A DNA stretch of 64,000 nt from an uncultured Staphylococcaceae bacterium (GTDB lineage: Bacteria > Bacillota_I > Bacilli_A > RFN20 > CAG-826), in contig CAYLSZ010000001.1 in NCBI GenBank assembly GCA_964386745.1, positions 9,179 through 73,178 of the forward strand. The letters run 5' to 3'. The notes beneath the pieces were generated by a model. The model was not told the DNA's origin, ran no database searches, and was given only the letters and a program-made list of their open reading frames with translations. Shown here one piece after another: positions 10,322-19,854 of the stretch. A program made the position numbers and the translations under genes. Every line of letters begins with the position of its first letter. The stretch's first letter is position 1.

Positions 10322-11521
10322 ATGAAGTTTAAACGAATTTTTGTAATCGTAATGGATAGTTTAGGGATCGGCGAAGCACTCGATGCTGATAAATTTGATG
10401 ATGCCGGTACGAATACTTTTAAACATATCTCTGAAAAAATGCCTGAAGGCAAACTCAATATACCTAACATGAATAAACTCGGAATCGGTGATTTAGATGA
10501 TATTTTAGGTACAACTAAAGTTTCTCACCCTGAATCATATTCGATTAGACTCAATGAAGCTAGTAACGGAAAAGATACGATGACAGGTCACTGGGAAATG
10601 ATGGGTATATATACGACTAAACCTTTCCAAACTTTCACCGATACTGGATTTCCTGAAGATTTAATTTCTGAACTAGAAAAAGAAACCGGTCACAAAGTTA
10701 TTGGAAATAAAGCTGCTAGCGGCACCGAAATTTTAGTAGAACTTGGCGAAGAATGTATGAAGACGAATAATTTAATCGTCTATACAAGTAGCGATAGCGT
10801 CCTTCAAATTTGTGGGCACGAAGAAACGCTCGGCTTAGACGAATTATATAGATGCTGCGAAATTGCTAGAAAACTCACGATGAAACCAGAATGGTTCGTC
10901 GGTAGAGTCATCGCTAGACCATATATCGGCACAAATAAAGATAATTTTAAAAGAACGAGCAATAGACATGACTATACGATCTCGCCTAGTGGCGTGACCG
11001 CTATGAATATACTTAAAGATAACGGCTACGAAGTTCGTTGCGTTGGAAAAATTAACGATATTTTTAATGGCGTAGGTGTCACAAAAACCATTAAAACCGT
11101 ATCGAATGAAGACGGAATGAATAAAACGATGGCTTGGGTCAAAGATAAAGATTTTAAAGAAGGACTATGTTTTGTAAACTTAGTCGAATTTGATAGTGAA
11201 TATGGACATCGTCGTAATCCTATAGGTTATGGTAGAGCTATCGAAGCATTTGATAAACAACTTGGAGAAATGCTTTCTATTCTAAATGATGATGATTTAC
11301 TTATGATTACAGCAGATCATGGGAACGACCCAACCTATAAAGGAAGCGATCACACCCGCGAAAAAGTTTTCTTACTTATGTATTCAAAATGCCTAAAAGA
11401 AGGAAGAAACCTTGCAGATCGCGATTCTTTTGCTGATATCGGAGATACAGTCTTAACAAATTTTGGACTTAAAAAAGATACATCGATGATTGGAAAAACT
11501 ATAAAGGAGGTTTTTGAATAA
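10322..11521 (+). CDS. deoB: phosphopentomutase
   Basis: 399 aa with alkaline-phosphatase-superfamily motifs ([15 protein letters not shown]). Confidence 0.93.
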   Translation: MKFKRIFVIVMDSLGIGEALDADKFDDAGTNTFKHISEKMPEGKLNIPNMNKLGIGDLDDILGTTKVSHPESYSIRLNEASNGKDTMTGHWEMMGIYTTKPFQTFTDTGFPEDLISELEKETGHKVIGNKAASGTEILVELGEECMKTNNLIVYTSSDSVLQICGHEETLGLDELYRCCEIARKLTMKPEWFVGRVIARPYIGTNKDNFKRTSNRHDYTISPSGVTAMNILKDNGYEVRCVGKINDIFNGVGVTKTIKTVSNEDGMNKTMAWVKDKDFKEGLCFVNLVEFDSEYGHRRNPIGYGRAIEAFDKQLGEMLSILNDDDLLMITADHGNDPTYKGSDHTREKVFLLMYSKCLKEGRNLADRDSFADIGDTVLTNFGLKKDTSMIGKTIKEVFE

Positions 11522-12579
11522 TGTCAAAAAATATAAAAAGAAGTTTACTTTTAATCGGTTTAATCGGTTTACTGGCTAGTTGCGATAGTTTAGAGAATAT
11601 CACAACTAGTTTTAACGGAACCCATTTTTTACTTATGCCAACTGGCGCTCCAACTTTAGCCTTATTTGATTCAGTTGCAAATAATAACGAAGTCGAAACA
11701 ACCTCAACAACTACCGAAGTTAGAGATATGTTTTTAAGCGATAACTATAAATATTTAGTTTTCGATGCAACTCAAGCTTCAAGCTTAATTACTAATAACG
11801 ATTCAAATTATACATTCGTAAAATTATTGACCGCTGGTAATTTCCATCTTATTGGAATTAATAAAGATACTAATGCAGTCCCAACTGAAGACGACTATAT
11901 TATCGGATACGGCGCTGAAACGAGCGTTCCAGTTCAAACTTATAACTTACTTTTCCCTGATGCACCAATTGATAATTTATTTACAAGTGGCGTTGGCGAT
12001 TTAACAACATACTTAGCTGGATTAGATTATCAAGGTAAAGTTGGCGATCAACAAATCGACTGGATAATTATTGCTCAACCTTCTTTATATATCTTATCGA
12101 TGGTTGAAGGAATGCCTTTAAGCACACTTGCTACAGTCGACTATAACGTTAACGATTTATTCTATGCAGAATATGGCGTCAATATTCCTCAAGCTGCTTT
12201 ATTTGTTCACGAAGACTATTATTTAACTTATACTGACGAAGTTAATTCGTTCTTAGATTATGTCGATTTACAATTATATTTAGCTCTTAACGATGCTGAT
12301 TTTGTATATGACACAATTACTAGCTATAGTGATACAGTGGTTATGCAAACCGCTAGATTTGGCTACTATGCCGATATTGCTAAAGCTTTACAAGCAGATG
12401 GCGCTAATCAATTTGGAATCGTCGATCCAGATCTCGAATATACTAGCGAAGATTTACAAGTTTTCCTGAATATCTTAACTGGTACAGCTACTCCAGTCGA
12501 AGATGAAGATGAAGTAGAAGACGAAATTGATGAATCTGATGAATCTCAAGAAAACGAAGAGGAAGAAATCGAGGAATAA
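11521..12579 (+). CDS. lipoprotein, probably an ABC-type substrate-binding protein, with a polyacidic C-terminal tail
   Basis: Signal peptide plus lipobox LLASC. The last ~40 aa are almost entirely D/E. Directly upstream of a permease gene. Confidence 0.65.
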   Translation: MSKNIKRSLLLIGLIGLLASCDSLENITTSFNGTHFLLMPTGAPTLALFDSVANNNEVETTSTTTEVRDMFLSDNYKYLVFDATQASSLITNNDSNYTFVKLLTAGNFHLIGINKDTNAVPTEDDYIIGYGAETSVPVQTYNLLFPDAPIDNLFTSGVGDLTTYLAGLDYQGKVGDQQIDWIIIAQPSLYILSMVEGMPLSTLATVDYNVNDLFYAEYGVNIPQAALFVHEDYYLTYTDEVNSFLDYVDLQLYLALNDADFVYDTITSYSDTVVMQTARFGYYADIAKALQADGANQFGIVDPDLEYTSEDLQVFLNILTGTATPVEDEDEVEDEIDESDESQENEEEEIEE

Positions 12580-12595
12580 TAATTTCTATTTATAA

Positions 12596-13381
12596 ATGAA
12601 CAAAATAAAAAACTTATTCACTAATAAAAATGTAATCAAGTTTCTCCTAATTATATTAGGAGTTTTTTTCATTTTTATACTTTATGAAATTGTCTATCTA
12701 TGCGTCGATAATACGGTTATATTTCCCTCACTAGGAACGATATTTTCGACTTTATTTTCGATGCTAGGAGAGTCTTATACTTATGAAGCATTTGGTCTAA
12801 CCTTGGGAAGAACCTTTATCGCTTTATCTATATCTTTCGTTTTGGGCTATATTTTAGGTACTTTAGGAGGGATGTTTCCTAAATTTTCTTATTTTATGAA
12901 ACCCCTCGTGGCACTATTTAAAATAGTTCCTGTGCCATGCTTTGTATATTTATTATTTATCTATTTACATACCAATAAACTTTTAGCAGTGGTGGTAGTA
13001 GTCTTTATGATTATCTTTCCTATCATCTATGAAGGAGCTAAAAGCGGAATAGAAAGTATAGATAAACAACTTTTAATGAGTCTATCTTTAGAAGGTAGAT
13101 ATAAACCTAATTCAATATTCAAAGTCGTTTTACCACTTAGCTTTCCTTACGTAATGCTTGCCTTACTTAGCGCTTATGGACTCGCGATTAAAGTTGAAAT
13201 TACTGCTGAACTATTACTTGGATCGAGTAATATTTCAGGAATTGGACGACTTGTTTATAACGCTAGACTATACGTTAACTACGCTGAAATATATGCCACT
13301 ATCATCATTATTGTCTTTGTATTTATCGTATTTGACCTACTCATTTATCTAGTCAAAAAATATTTTTTGAAAAAAAATTAA
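12596..13381 (+). CDS. ABC transporter permease (binding-protein-dependent inner membrane component, NitT/TauT-like)
   Basis: 261 aa polytopic protein with the EAA-like loop of ABC permeases. No ATPase gene is adjacent. Confidence 0.7.
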   Translation: MNKIKNLFTNKNVIKFLLIILGVFFIFILYEIVYLCVDNTVIFPSLGTIFSTLFSMLGESYTYEAFGLTLGRTFIALSISFVLGYILGTLGGMFPKFSYFMKPLVALFKIVPVPCFVYLLFIYLHTNKLLAVVVVVFMIIFPIIYEGAKSGIESIDKQLLMSLSLEGRYKPNSIFKVVLPLSFPYVMLALLSAYGLAIKVEITAELLLGSSNISGIGRLVYNARLYVNYAEIYATIIIIVFVFIVFDLLIYLVKKYFLKKN

Positions 13382-13383
13382 TT

Positions 13384-13440
13384 TTTACCCCCCCAACTTT
13401 TATAAATACGAACGTACTTGTAAGTGAGGAGGATAAAATT
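13384..13440 (+). promoter_or_regulatory. conserved upstream element TACCCCCCCAACTTTTATAAATACGAACGTACTTGTAAGTGAGGAGG (copy A of three)
   Basis: Near-identical element upstream of comEA (59289..59340) and of the C39-like gene (38428..38480). It ends in the RBS GGAGG 8 nt before the ATG. Confidence 0.7.
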
Positions 13441-13956
13441 ATGAATTCTCGTAAAGAAATCGTCTATAGGGTTAACTACGATTTACAAGATTCTTTTTTA
13501 GAACATCTAGCTCACGTAAATAAGTTAATCAAACAGACAAACAATGGTGTGCCCGATTTCGAAGTGAAACAGGGTGAAATAGTGATATTTCGACAATATG
13601 ACAATATCTTGAAGAAATATTATGCATCCTATGGATTGAGTTTATCTTTAAGTAATGAGTTTAAGACCTATGCTTTAATTTGTCCGCTCATTATGATCGG
13701 CCCTGGACAGATAAACCACTATGGGATCAATATCGGCAAAATAGAAGAACTACACGCTAGAAATTCATTTATCGGCATTATCGAAAAAATCGGTCCAATC
13801 GATAAAGCAGATATTTTAAATGAAAAAGTCGATGAGCATTTTAAGACAGTCGTAGTCGATAATAATCTAGTAAATAGGGTATTAGTTAACTATCGAGATT
13901 ACTTAGAAAAACTAGCTGAATCTAAGATTTGTGTCAAAGAAGCGGTTGTTTGCTAG
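13441..13956 (+). CDS. hypothetical protein (171 aa) preceded by the shared com-box-like element
   Basis: Clean ORF with a strong RBS. I recognise no family. Confidence 0.6.
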   Translation: MNSRKEIVYRVNYDLQDSFLEHLAHVNKLIKQTNNGVPDFEVKQGEIVIFRQYDNILKKYYASYGLSLSLSNEFKTYALICPLIMIGPGQINHYGINIGKIEELHARNSFIGIIEKIGPIDKADILNEKVDEHFKTVVVDNNLVNRVLVNYRDYLEKLAESKICVKEAVVC

Positions 13957-13996
13957 TATATTTTTAGTAGTTATTTAGTATATTTTTAGTAAATAA
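13957..13996 (+). repeat. TTTTTAGTA-type AT-rich direct repeats immediately 3' of a stop codon
   Basis: TATATTTTTAGTAGTTATTTAGTATATTTTTAGTAAATAATG. Similar clusters occur at 22649, 47487 and 50155. Confidence 0.5.
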
Positions 13997-14144
13997 TGAG
14001 TGTGGAAAACTCCGAATTTCTATACCTTTACTAAAATCTATTTTGCAAGACTATTTTAATTTCGAATTTAAGAATATCGATTTAATCGAAAAATTTTTAA
14101 AAATGGTTAATATAATAAAGATTATGCGAAGTTGAATATTAAAG

Positions 14145-15293
14145 CTAGTCGTTAACCTTTAATTCTTCTAAATTGATATCACTTAAATAATAATCGACAC
14201 ATTCTTTTGTAAGTCGATTATCGACGCCATTGTTATTAGTCTTCGAATTTAAGAAAATGATGTTTTCTTTAAGAACAAATTTAAATCCATCCTCAGGGTT
14301 AGCGTTCATTGCATCTATCATGTATTGGCTATCATAACCTCTTGCTGGGTCGATTTTATCGCTAGCATAAACGACTCTTAATACGGGATTCATATCCGCT
14401 TTACCAGTACAATGAAATTTAATTGCATCGAGAATTTCCTCATCATCGATATAAAAAATTTCTTTAGCAATATAATGACTTGCGAATTGGTGATATGCGT
14501 AAACAGGCAAATCTAAATACTCGGCGTAATTTTCCCTAATGAGCCTTTTTAAACTCTCGTTAGTGTAGCATTTCCCTATATCGTGTAGTAAGCCCGCGAT
14601 AAAATATTTAATGGAACCATTTAGGTTATGTCTTAACGCTATACCATAAGCAAGTCTAGCAACGCTACGAGCATGATTAAGCAAACGTTCTTTCCTTTCA
14701 TTAAGTAAATATAAGGAATTGATCTGTTTAGCAAAATATAGTCCGTTATCAAAAATATAATCGATAACTTTCATTGGAATATTTTCGATATGCTTAAATT
14801 CTCTAGTTTCGATAGAGGAAATGAATGGATACGAAGATATATCTGCTTCTTTAATTTCAGGTATATTAAGTTCTTTAGCGACATCAAGATTATACGCACC
14901 AGATACTTTGTAGTAACGAATATTTGCGTACTGCGTTATATTTTCAGCCTCATGCAATTTTGCTATTACATCTAACTTGTCAGAGCCAATTGCATATATC
15001 AAATTGTCGTTAAGGTACTTCGATTTTAAATTCTTTATCGTCATGAATGGATAATCGTTTTCGATGTGATGTCCTTTATAAAATTCGATCTCACACTCAA
15101 GATTTATTTCATCTAAAGCAACCTTAAGCATTTCTTGACGATGATTAAAATCTAGAACATAATCGCATCCTGAACTTTTAGTTAAAATGAAGATTATCTT
15201 ATCAGGTTTAAGCGCGTTAAAAAGAGCCTTTACGGCTCTAAGATGTCCATTGTCAACGGGATTATATGTACCATTAAGGATTAATATATTCAT
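14145..15293 (-). CDS. nadD: fused nicotinate-nucleotide adenylyltransferase NadD and HD-domain hydrolase YqeK
   Basis: N-terminus NGTYNPVDNGH matches the NadD (H/T)xGH motif. The C-terminal half carries the HD motif (LLHDIGK). B. subtilis has separate nadD and yqeK in this position. Confidence 0.8.
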   Translation of the reverse strand: MNILILNGTYNPVDNGHLRAVKALFNALKPDKIIFILTKSSGCDYVLDFNHRQEMLKVALDEINLECEIEFYKGHHIENDYPFMTIKNLKSKYLNDNLIYAIGSDKLDVIAKLHEAENITQYANIRYYKVSGAYNLDVAKELNIPEIKEADISSYPFISSIETREFKHIENIPMKVIDYIFDNGLYFAKQINSLYLLNERKERLLNHARSVARLAYGIALRHNLNGSIKYFIAGLLHDIGKCYTNESLKRLIRENYAEYLDLPVYAYHQFASHYIAKEIFYIDDEEILDAIKFHCTGKADMNPVLRVVYASDKIDPARGYDSQYMIDAMNANPEDGFKFVLKENIIFLNSKTNNNGVDNRLTKECVDYYLSDINLEELKVND

Positions 15294-15599
15294 TTAGATA
15301 ATATTTATATGTAATGGAGACTTCTTGTTTTCTTTATATATAACAATGCTATGACCAATCTTTTGAACAATCTCACAGTTCAAACTGGAACTAAGTTCGA
15401 TAATTAATTGGTTTAGATCTTCTTTATCAACAATAGCGCTTTTTAAAAAATACACTTTCACCAGTTCATGTTTTCTTAAAGCGTTTTCAATATTTTGCAA
15501 AGCCTCAGGGCTTATTAGATCTTTACCAATATTTATCTTAACTAAATCGTGAGAATGAGCGTAAGATTTAAGGAAACTCTTTTGTTTACTTTTTAACAT
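15294..15599 (-). CDS. yhbY: YhbY/CRS1-family RNA-binding protein (YqeI)
   Basis: 101 aa, located between yqeH and nadD as in Bacillus. Confidence 0.75.
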   Translation of the reverse strand: MLKSKQKSFLKSYAHSHDLVKINIGKDLISPEALQNIENALRKHELVKVYFLKSAIVDKEDLNQLIIELSSSLNCEIVQKIGHSIVIYKENKKSPLHINII

Positions 15600-16725
15600 A
15601 ATCTAATTTCGCTCTAGTTGTATAAACGTATACGCCTTTAGGGACAAATATACGGAAGGTTTGATTTTTTCCAGTGAAGCTAAACCATCCTAAACCTAAA
15701 ATACCAATATCGCGTTTACCTTCTTCTTCAATTGTAATATCGTAGGCATCAAATTCATTAAATTGAGTATAGTTGGCACTTACTGGTTTGGCATAAGGTT
15801 TTTTGAAGTTAGCTCTTAATTGTTTCTCAGCACTAAGTCTCTTTTGTTTGATATCGATTTGTGATGAAGCGTATATTTCAATAGTGGTTTTATTCTTAGA
15901 AATCAATTCAATTGCACAAAGACCACCTAAAATGACGGATGCTCTTTGAGTTAAAGTATATTTACGAGCTTTAACAGCTCTTTTAGGGACGATTTGGTTT
16001 TGGACAGCTCTTTCAACTTTGCTAACTAAACTATTTTGAATGTCGGTTCCTGGTAATTCGTAAATATATGTTTTATCAGTCACAGGAATCTTGTAACCTC
16101 TTAAATCTGTACCTTTAAATGTACAGACAGTAATTGGTCGAGTTGTTCTATTTGTAAAGTTTTTAAGCAACGATGAAATTAAACTCGATTTACCACTGAC
16201 GCTTGCGCCAATAAAATAGACATCACGATCTTTAGCTAAGTCGACAATCTTTTTATACATTAAATCAATGTTGTAATCACCATTTGTCGAGGTCAAAACA
16301 ACATCTTTAACATTTAACTTAGCTACACGTAATCTATGGGCAACGTATTCTAAAAGGAGTTCATCGTCTGCATCTTTTGGTAATAAATCGCGTTTATTAG
16401 CAATGACTATAACGTCTAAACCATTAATCATTTCAATAAGTTTAGAAATGAAGCTTCCTTCAAAACTAAATATATCTATGACATAAGCTACGACAGCTTT
16501 AGTTTGTTTAACAACTTCTAATATAGATTGGAATGATTCTTCAAAATGAGGTTCTTTTGGTTCAGTATTAAACCTTTCATTTCTAAAACAATCGTTACAT
16601 AAAAGTAAACCTTCAGGATACTTACTAACGATTTCCGGTGAAATATAACCAGGTTCATTCTCATTTTCGGTTTGAAGAATAGCGCCACAGCGATAACATC
16701 TTGCGACTTTACTTAATTCTGCCAT
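15586..16725 (-). CDS. yqeH: ribosome biogenesis GTPase YqeH
   Basis: N-terminal zinc ribbon (CYRCGAILQ...CNDC) and a circularly permuted GTPase (NKRDLL...GASVSGKSS). Confidence 0.85.
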   Translation of the reverse strand: MAELSKVARCYRCGAILQTENENEPGYISPEIVSKYPEGLLLCNDCFRNERFNTEPKEPHFEESFQSILEVVKQTKAVVAYVIDIFSFEGSFISKLIEMINGLDVIVIANKRDLLPKDADDELLLEYVAHRLRVAKLNVKDVVLTSTNGDYNIDLMYKKIVDLAKDRDVYFIGASVSGKSSLISSLLKNFTNRTTRPITVCTFKGTDLRGYKIPVTDKTYIYELPGTDIQNSLVSKVERAVQNQIVPKRAVKARKYTLTQRASVILGGLCAIELISKNKTTIEIYASSQIDIKQKRLSAEKQLRANFKKPYAKPVSANYTQFNEFDAYDITIEEEGKRDIGILGLGWFSFTGKNQTFRIFVPKGVYVYTTRAKLDYVKK

Positions 16726-17245
16726 AAACTTCCCTCCAATCTATTAAAAATCCGTTCTTTTCGAGCTCTTTATGTCTTTTTGAATCTATACCCTTCATGA
16801 ATTTAGTTACAAATTGATCACTTGAGCCTAATTTTTCAGTTAATATACTTTTTACATTTAGTCGGTTTGCGCATTTGATATCGGTAACTAACTGATCGCC
16901 TATCATTATAACATTTTCTTTATTAATATGATTTTGAAGTAAATATTTTAATATTTTACGAGGAGAAGGCTTAAAACACCTATAAACATAGTTACAACCA
17001 AGCGCATCGGCGTATTTTTTAACTCTTTTCTTCGAGTTATTACTAACTATAGTAGGTGTTAAACCAGCTACTTTTAAATCATTAATTAATTTAATTGCCC
17101 TATCTGAAGGCAGTTTAGTCTTATGAATATCGAGAGTGTTATCTAGATCTAACAAGACATAATTCGTCTTTAAGTGAACAAAAAAGTCTATATCGATATC
17201 GTAAATACTCGTTGCGTGACAATATGGTAAAACAGTATATTTCAT
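16709..17245 (-). CDS. yqeG: HAD-superfamily phosphatase YqeG
   Basis: 178 aa with HAD motifs (LLDLDNTL, GD). Synteny with yqeH. Confidence 0.8.
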   Translation of the reverse strand: MKYTVLPYCHATSIYDIDIDFFVHLKTNYVLLDLDNTLDIHKTKLPSDRAIKLINDLKVAGLTPTIVSNNSKKRVKKYADALGCNYVYRCFKPSPRKILKYLLQNHINKENVIMIGDQLVTDIKCANRLNVKSILTEKLGSSDQFVTKFMKGIDSKRHKELEKNGFLIDWREVYGRIK

Positions 17246-17259
17246 CTAAGTTTTAAGAA

Positions 17260-19854
17260 TTAATCTCCCATTTCATCAAAAATTGAGATTTGTTCGAAAT
17301 CTGATTCGCCTTCTTCATCATCCATGACGGCTTGACTCATGAATGGATCGCGTGCCTTTGGAGCATCTTTTGATACTTCTACTATAGTATCTTTATCGAT
17401 GACTTGAACACCAGGCGAATAGATATATGAAATTAATTGTTTGCTCTTAAGTTTGACGACGCCTTTACACATCTTTTCAGGAGTGATAAGGAAATCTTCG
17501 ACTGTGATATCCATAACACTCTTATCGTTAAGTAGTGCGTGAAGAGTTAAAGGATCTTTTCTATTTCCGATCTTTTCAGTATAAACGAGGGTATGCACAT
17601 CACTCTTAAAGGAATCGAATACCTTTTGAGTAGCACCTAAACGTTTAGTAAGTTCAAGTTTGGTTAAATCAAAGATACGAATTGCACCTTTATCAGTAAC
17701 CATCATTACTTTACCTTTTTCGTCAGAACGGAATGAGATTAAGTTATTTACGTATGTACCCTTTAAAGTGCTGATAGCTTTAACGCCAACGGCTTTAAGT
17801 CCATATTCAGTCAATTCATTTTCATTAAAGTAGGTTGCTTTACCATTAGCAGCTATAACGGCTAAGTTAGAATTACCGTTTAAAACACTAACATCAGCTA
17901 ATTTATCACCACCAGTGACTTTAATACAGGTGATTGGTTTATTGTTACGGCTTGGATAGAAGTCTTTAAGTTTAGTCTTCTTAATCATACCTTTTTTAGT
18001 AACAAGACCAATGCAGACATCTTTATCGAAATCTTTTACAACGATACATTTAACGATATTTTCGTCAATTGGTAACGTGATGAAACTATTGATGTGTTTA
18101 CCTTCATCTTTCCATTTACCATCTTGAATTTGGTGAACTTCGATAAATAGGTAATTTCCTTTATCAGTGAAGGCTAAAATATAGTCCATCGTATTGACTA
18201 AGGCTTGCAATACAAGACAATCACCTTCTTTTAATCCAGGAAGAGCACCATCACTCGAATTATATGATTTAATCGAAGATTTTTTGGCATATCCTTCACG
18301 AGAAATAGCGACCCAAACATCTTCTTTAGCGACTAAATCACGTCTATCGATAGTTTGTTCTTCTTGTTTCTCTTCGACTTTAGTCTTACGTTCAACGCCA
18401 AATTTATCAGCGATTTCTTTTAAGTCTTTAATGATGACTTTCTTAAGTTTCTTATCATCAGCTAAGATGCTTTCAAGTTCGGCAATAAGGGCTTTTAATG
18501 AATCGCGTTCATCAAGATAAACTTGAACGTCGGTATTGCTAAGTCTATATAGTTGCATAGTGACGATAGCTTCGGCTTGCTCTTCACTAAGACCAAATCT
18601 TTCTTTCAATTTTTCTTTAGAATCAGCTTTATCTTTACTCTTACGAATAATACGGATAACTTCATCGATATTGTTAATAGCTAAAATTAAACCTTCGACG
18701 ATATGAAGCCTTTTTCTACTTACTTTTAAGTCATAATTAGTTCTACGAGTAATGACATCGATTTGATGTTGAATATAAACATCTAAATAAGCTGAAAGAT
18801 TTAAAGTACGAGGATGTTTGTCGGCAATTGCTACAATATTAGCGGTATAGTTAACTCTTAATTGGGTTTTATTGAGTAAGTAAGTTAAGATAACGCTTGG
18901 ATTAGCCTCTTTCTTTAAACTAATAATAATCTTGATTTCTTCGCCAGCACTAGCATCGATGACGCTTAAAATACCATCGATTTCTTTCGATTTGATAATT
19001 CTTTCAATCGAAGAAACGAGCATTCTCTTATTAACTTTATAAGGAATTTCGCTAACGATTAATTGGTTTTCGTTTTTATCGCTAGTATCGATAGTGACTT
19101 TACTAGTAATAATGGCTCGACCACGACCAGTTTTATAAATTTCTTCAAGTTCTTCAGTTTTATAAATCGTTCCACCCGTAGGGAAATCTGGACCTTTAAC
19201 AATTTCCAAAAGTTGAGAAATTGTACAGGTTGGATGTTGAATCCTATAAATAGCAGCTTCGCACATTTCTTTAAGGTTATGTGGAGGAATTTCAGTTGCA
19301 ATGGCGACAGCGATACCTTCACTACCATTTACGAATAAATTTGGAAAACGAGCTGGTAAAACGACTGGTTCTTCTTCAGTATCATCAAAGTTTAAAGTCA
19401 TATCGACTGTGTCTTTTTTGATATCGCGAACCAAATTCATCGCAAAATCGTTTAAACGAGCTTCAGTATAACGGTAAGCGGCTGGTTCATCTCCATCAAT
19501 ACCACCATTATTTCCTTGGAAATCGATAAGTGGCATATTCATGACCCAGTTTTGGCTCATTCTAGCTAAAGCGCCATAGATTGATGAGTCGCCGTGAGGG
19601 TGATATTTACCCATAACGTCACCGACGATTTTGGCACATTTTCTTGTAGGTTTATCGATTGTATTACCTGCTTCATACATCGAATAAATAATTCTTCTTT
19701 GAACAGGTTTTAATCCATCTCTTGCATCTGGAATAGCACGATCTTGAATGACGTATTTAGCGTAAACTCCATAACGATCGCTCATTAAAGAGTCAAGAGA
19801 TTCGTTTTGTATATTTTCAACAATTTCTACTTCTTCTTTCTTCTTTTTAGCCAT
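17260..19854 (-). CDS. parC: DNA topoisomerase IV subunit A
   Basis: 864 aa type IIA topoisomerase A subunit with no obvious GyrA box and an acidic tail. It sits downstream of parE and next to plsY as in Bacillus and Staphylococcus. Confidence 0.82.
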   Translation of the reverse strand: MAKKKKEEVEIVENIQNESLDSLMSDRYGVYAKYVIQDRAIPDARDGLKPVQRRIIYSMYEAGNTIDKPTRKCAKIVGDVMGKYHPHGDSSIYGALARMSQNWVMNMPLIDFQGNNGGIDGDEPAAYRYTEARLNDFAMNLVRDIKKDTVDMTLNFDDTEEEPVVLPARFPNLFVNGSEGIAVAIATEIPPHNLKEMCEAAIYRIQHPTCTISQLLEIVKGPDFPTGGTIYKTEELEEIYKTGRGRAIITSKVTIDTSDKNENQLIVSEIPYKVNKRMLVSSIERIIKSKEIDGILSVIDASAGEEIKIIISLKKEANPSVILTYLLNKTQLRVNYTANIVAIADKHPRTLNLSAYLDVYIQHQIDVITRRTNYDLKVSRKRLHIVEGLILAINNIDEVIRIIRKSKDKADSKEKLKERFGLSEEQAEAIVTMQLYRLSNTDVQVYLDERDSLKALIAELESILADDKKLKKVIIKDLKEIADKFGVERKTKVEEKQEEQTIDRRDLVAKEDVWVAISREGYAKKSSIKSYNSSDGALPGLKEGDCLVLQALVNTMDYILAFTDKGNYLFIEVHQIQDGKWKDEGKHINSFITLPIDENIVKCIVVKDFDKDVCIGLVTKKGMIKKTKLKDFYPSRNNKPITCIKVTGGDKLADVSVLNGNSNLAVIAANGKATYFNENELTEYGLKAVGVKAISTLKGTYVNNLISFRSDEKGKVMMVTDKGAIRIFDLTKLELTKRLGATQKVFDSFKSDVHTLVYTEKIGNRKDPLTLHALLNDKSVMDITVEDFLITPEKMCKGVVKLKSKQLISYIYSPGVQVIDKDTIVEVSKDAPKARDPFMSQAVMDDEEGESDFEQISIFDEMGD

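Noticed and set aside
18194-18520. Small plus-strand ORFs inside parC and parE (18194..18520, 19063..19338, 19807..19998), and similar ORFs inside aspS, glyQS, dnaK and lepA
   Set aside because: They are antisense to strongly supported long CDSs, have biased low-complexity translations and no RBS, so they are shadow ORFs.
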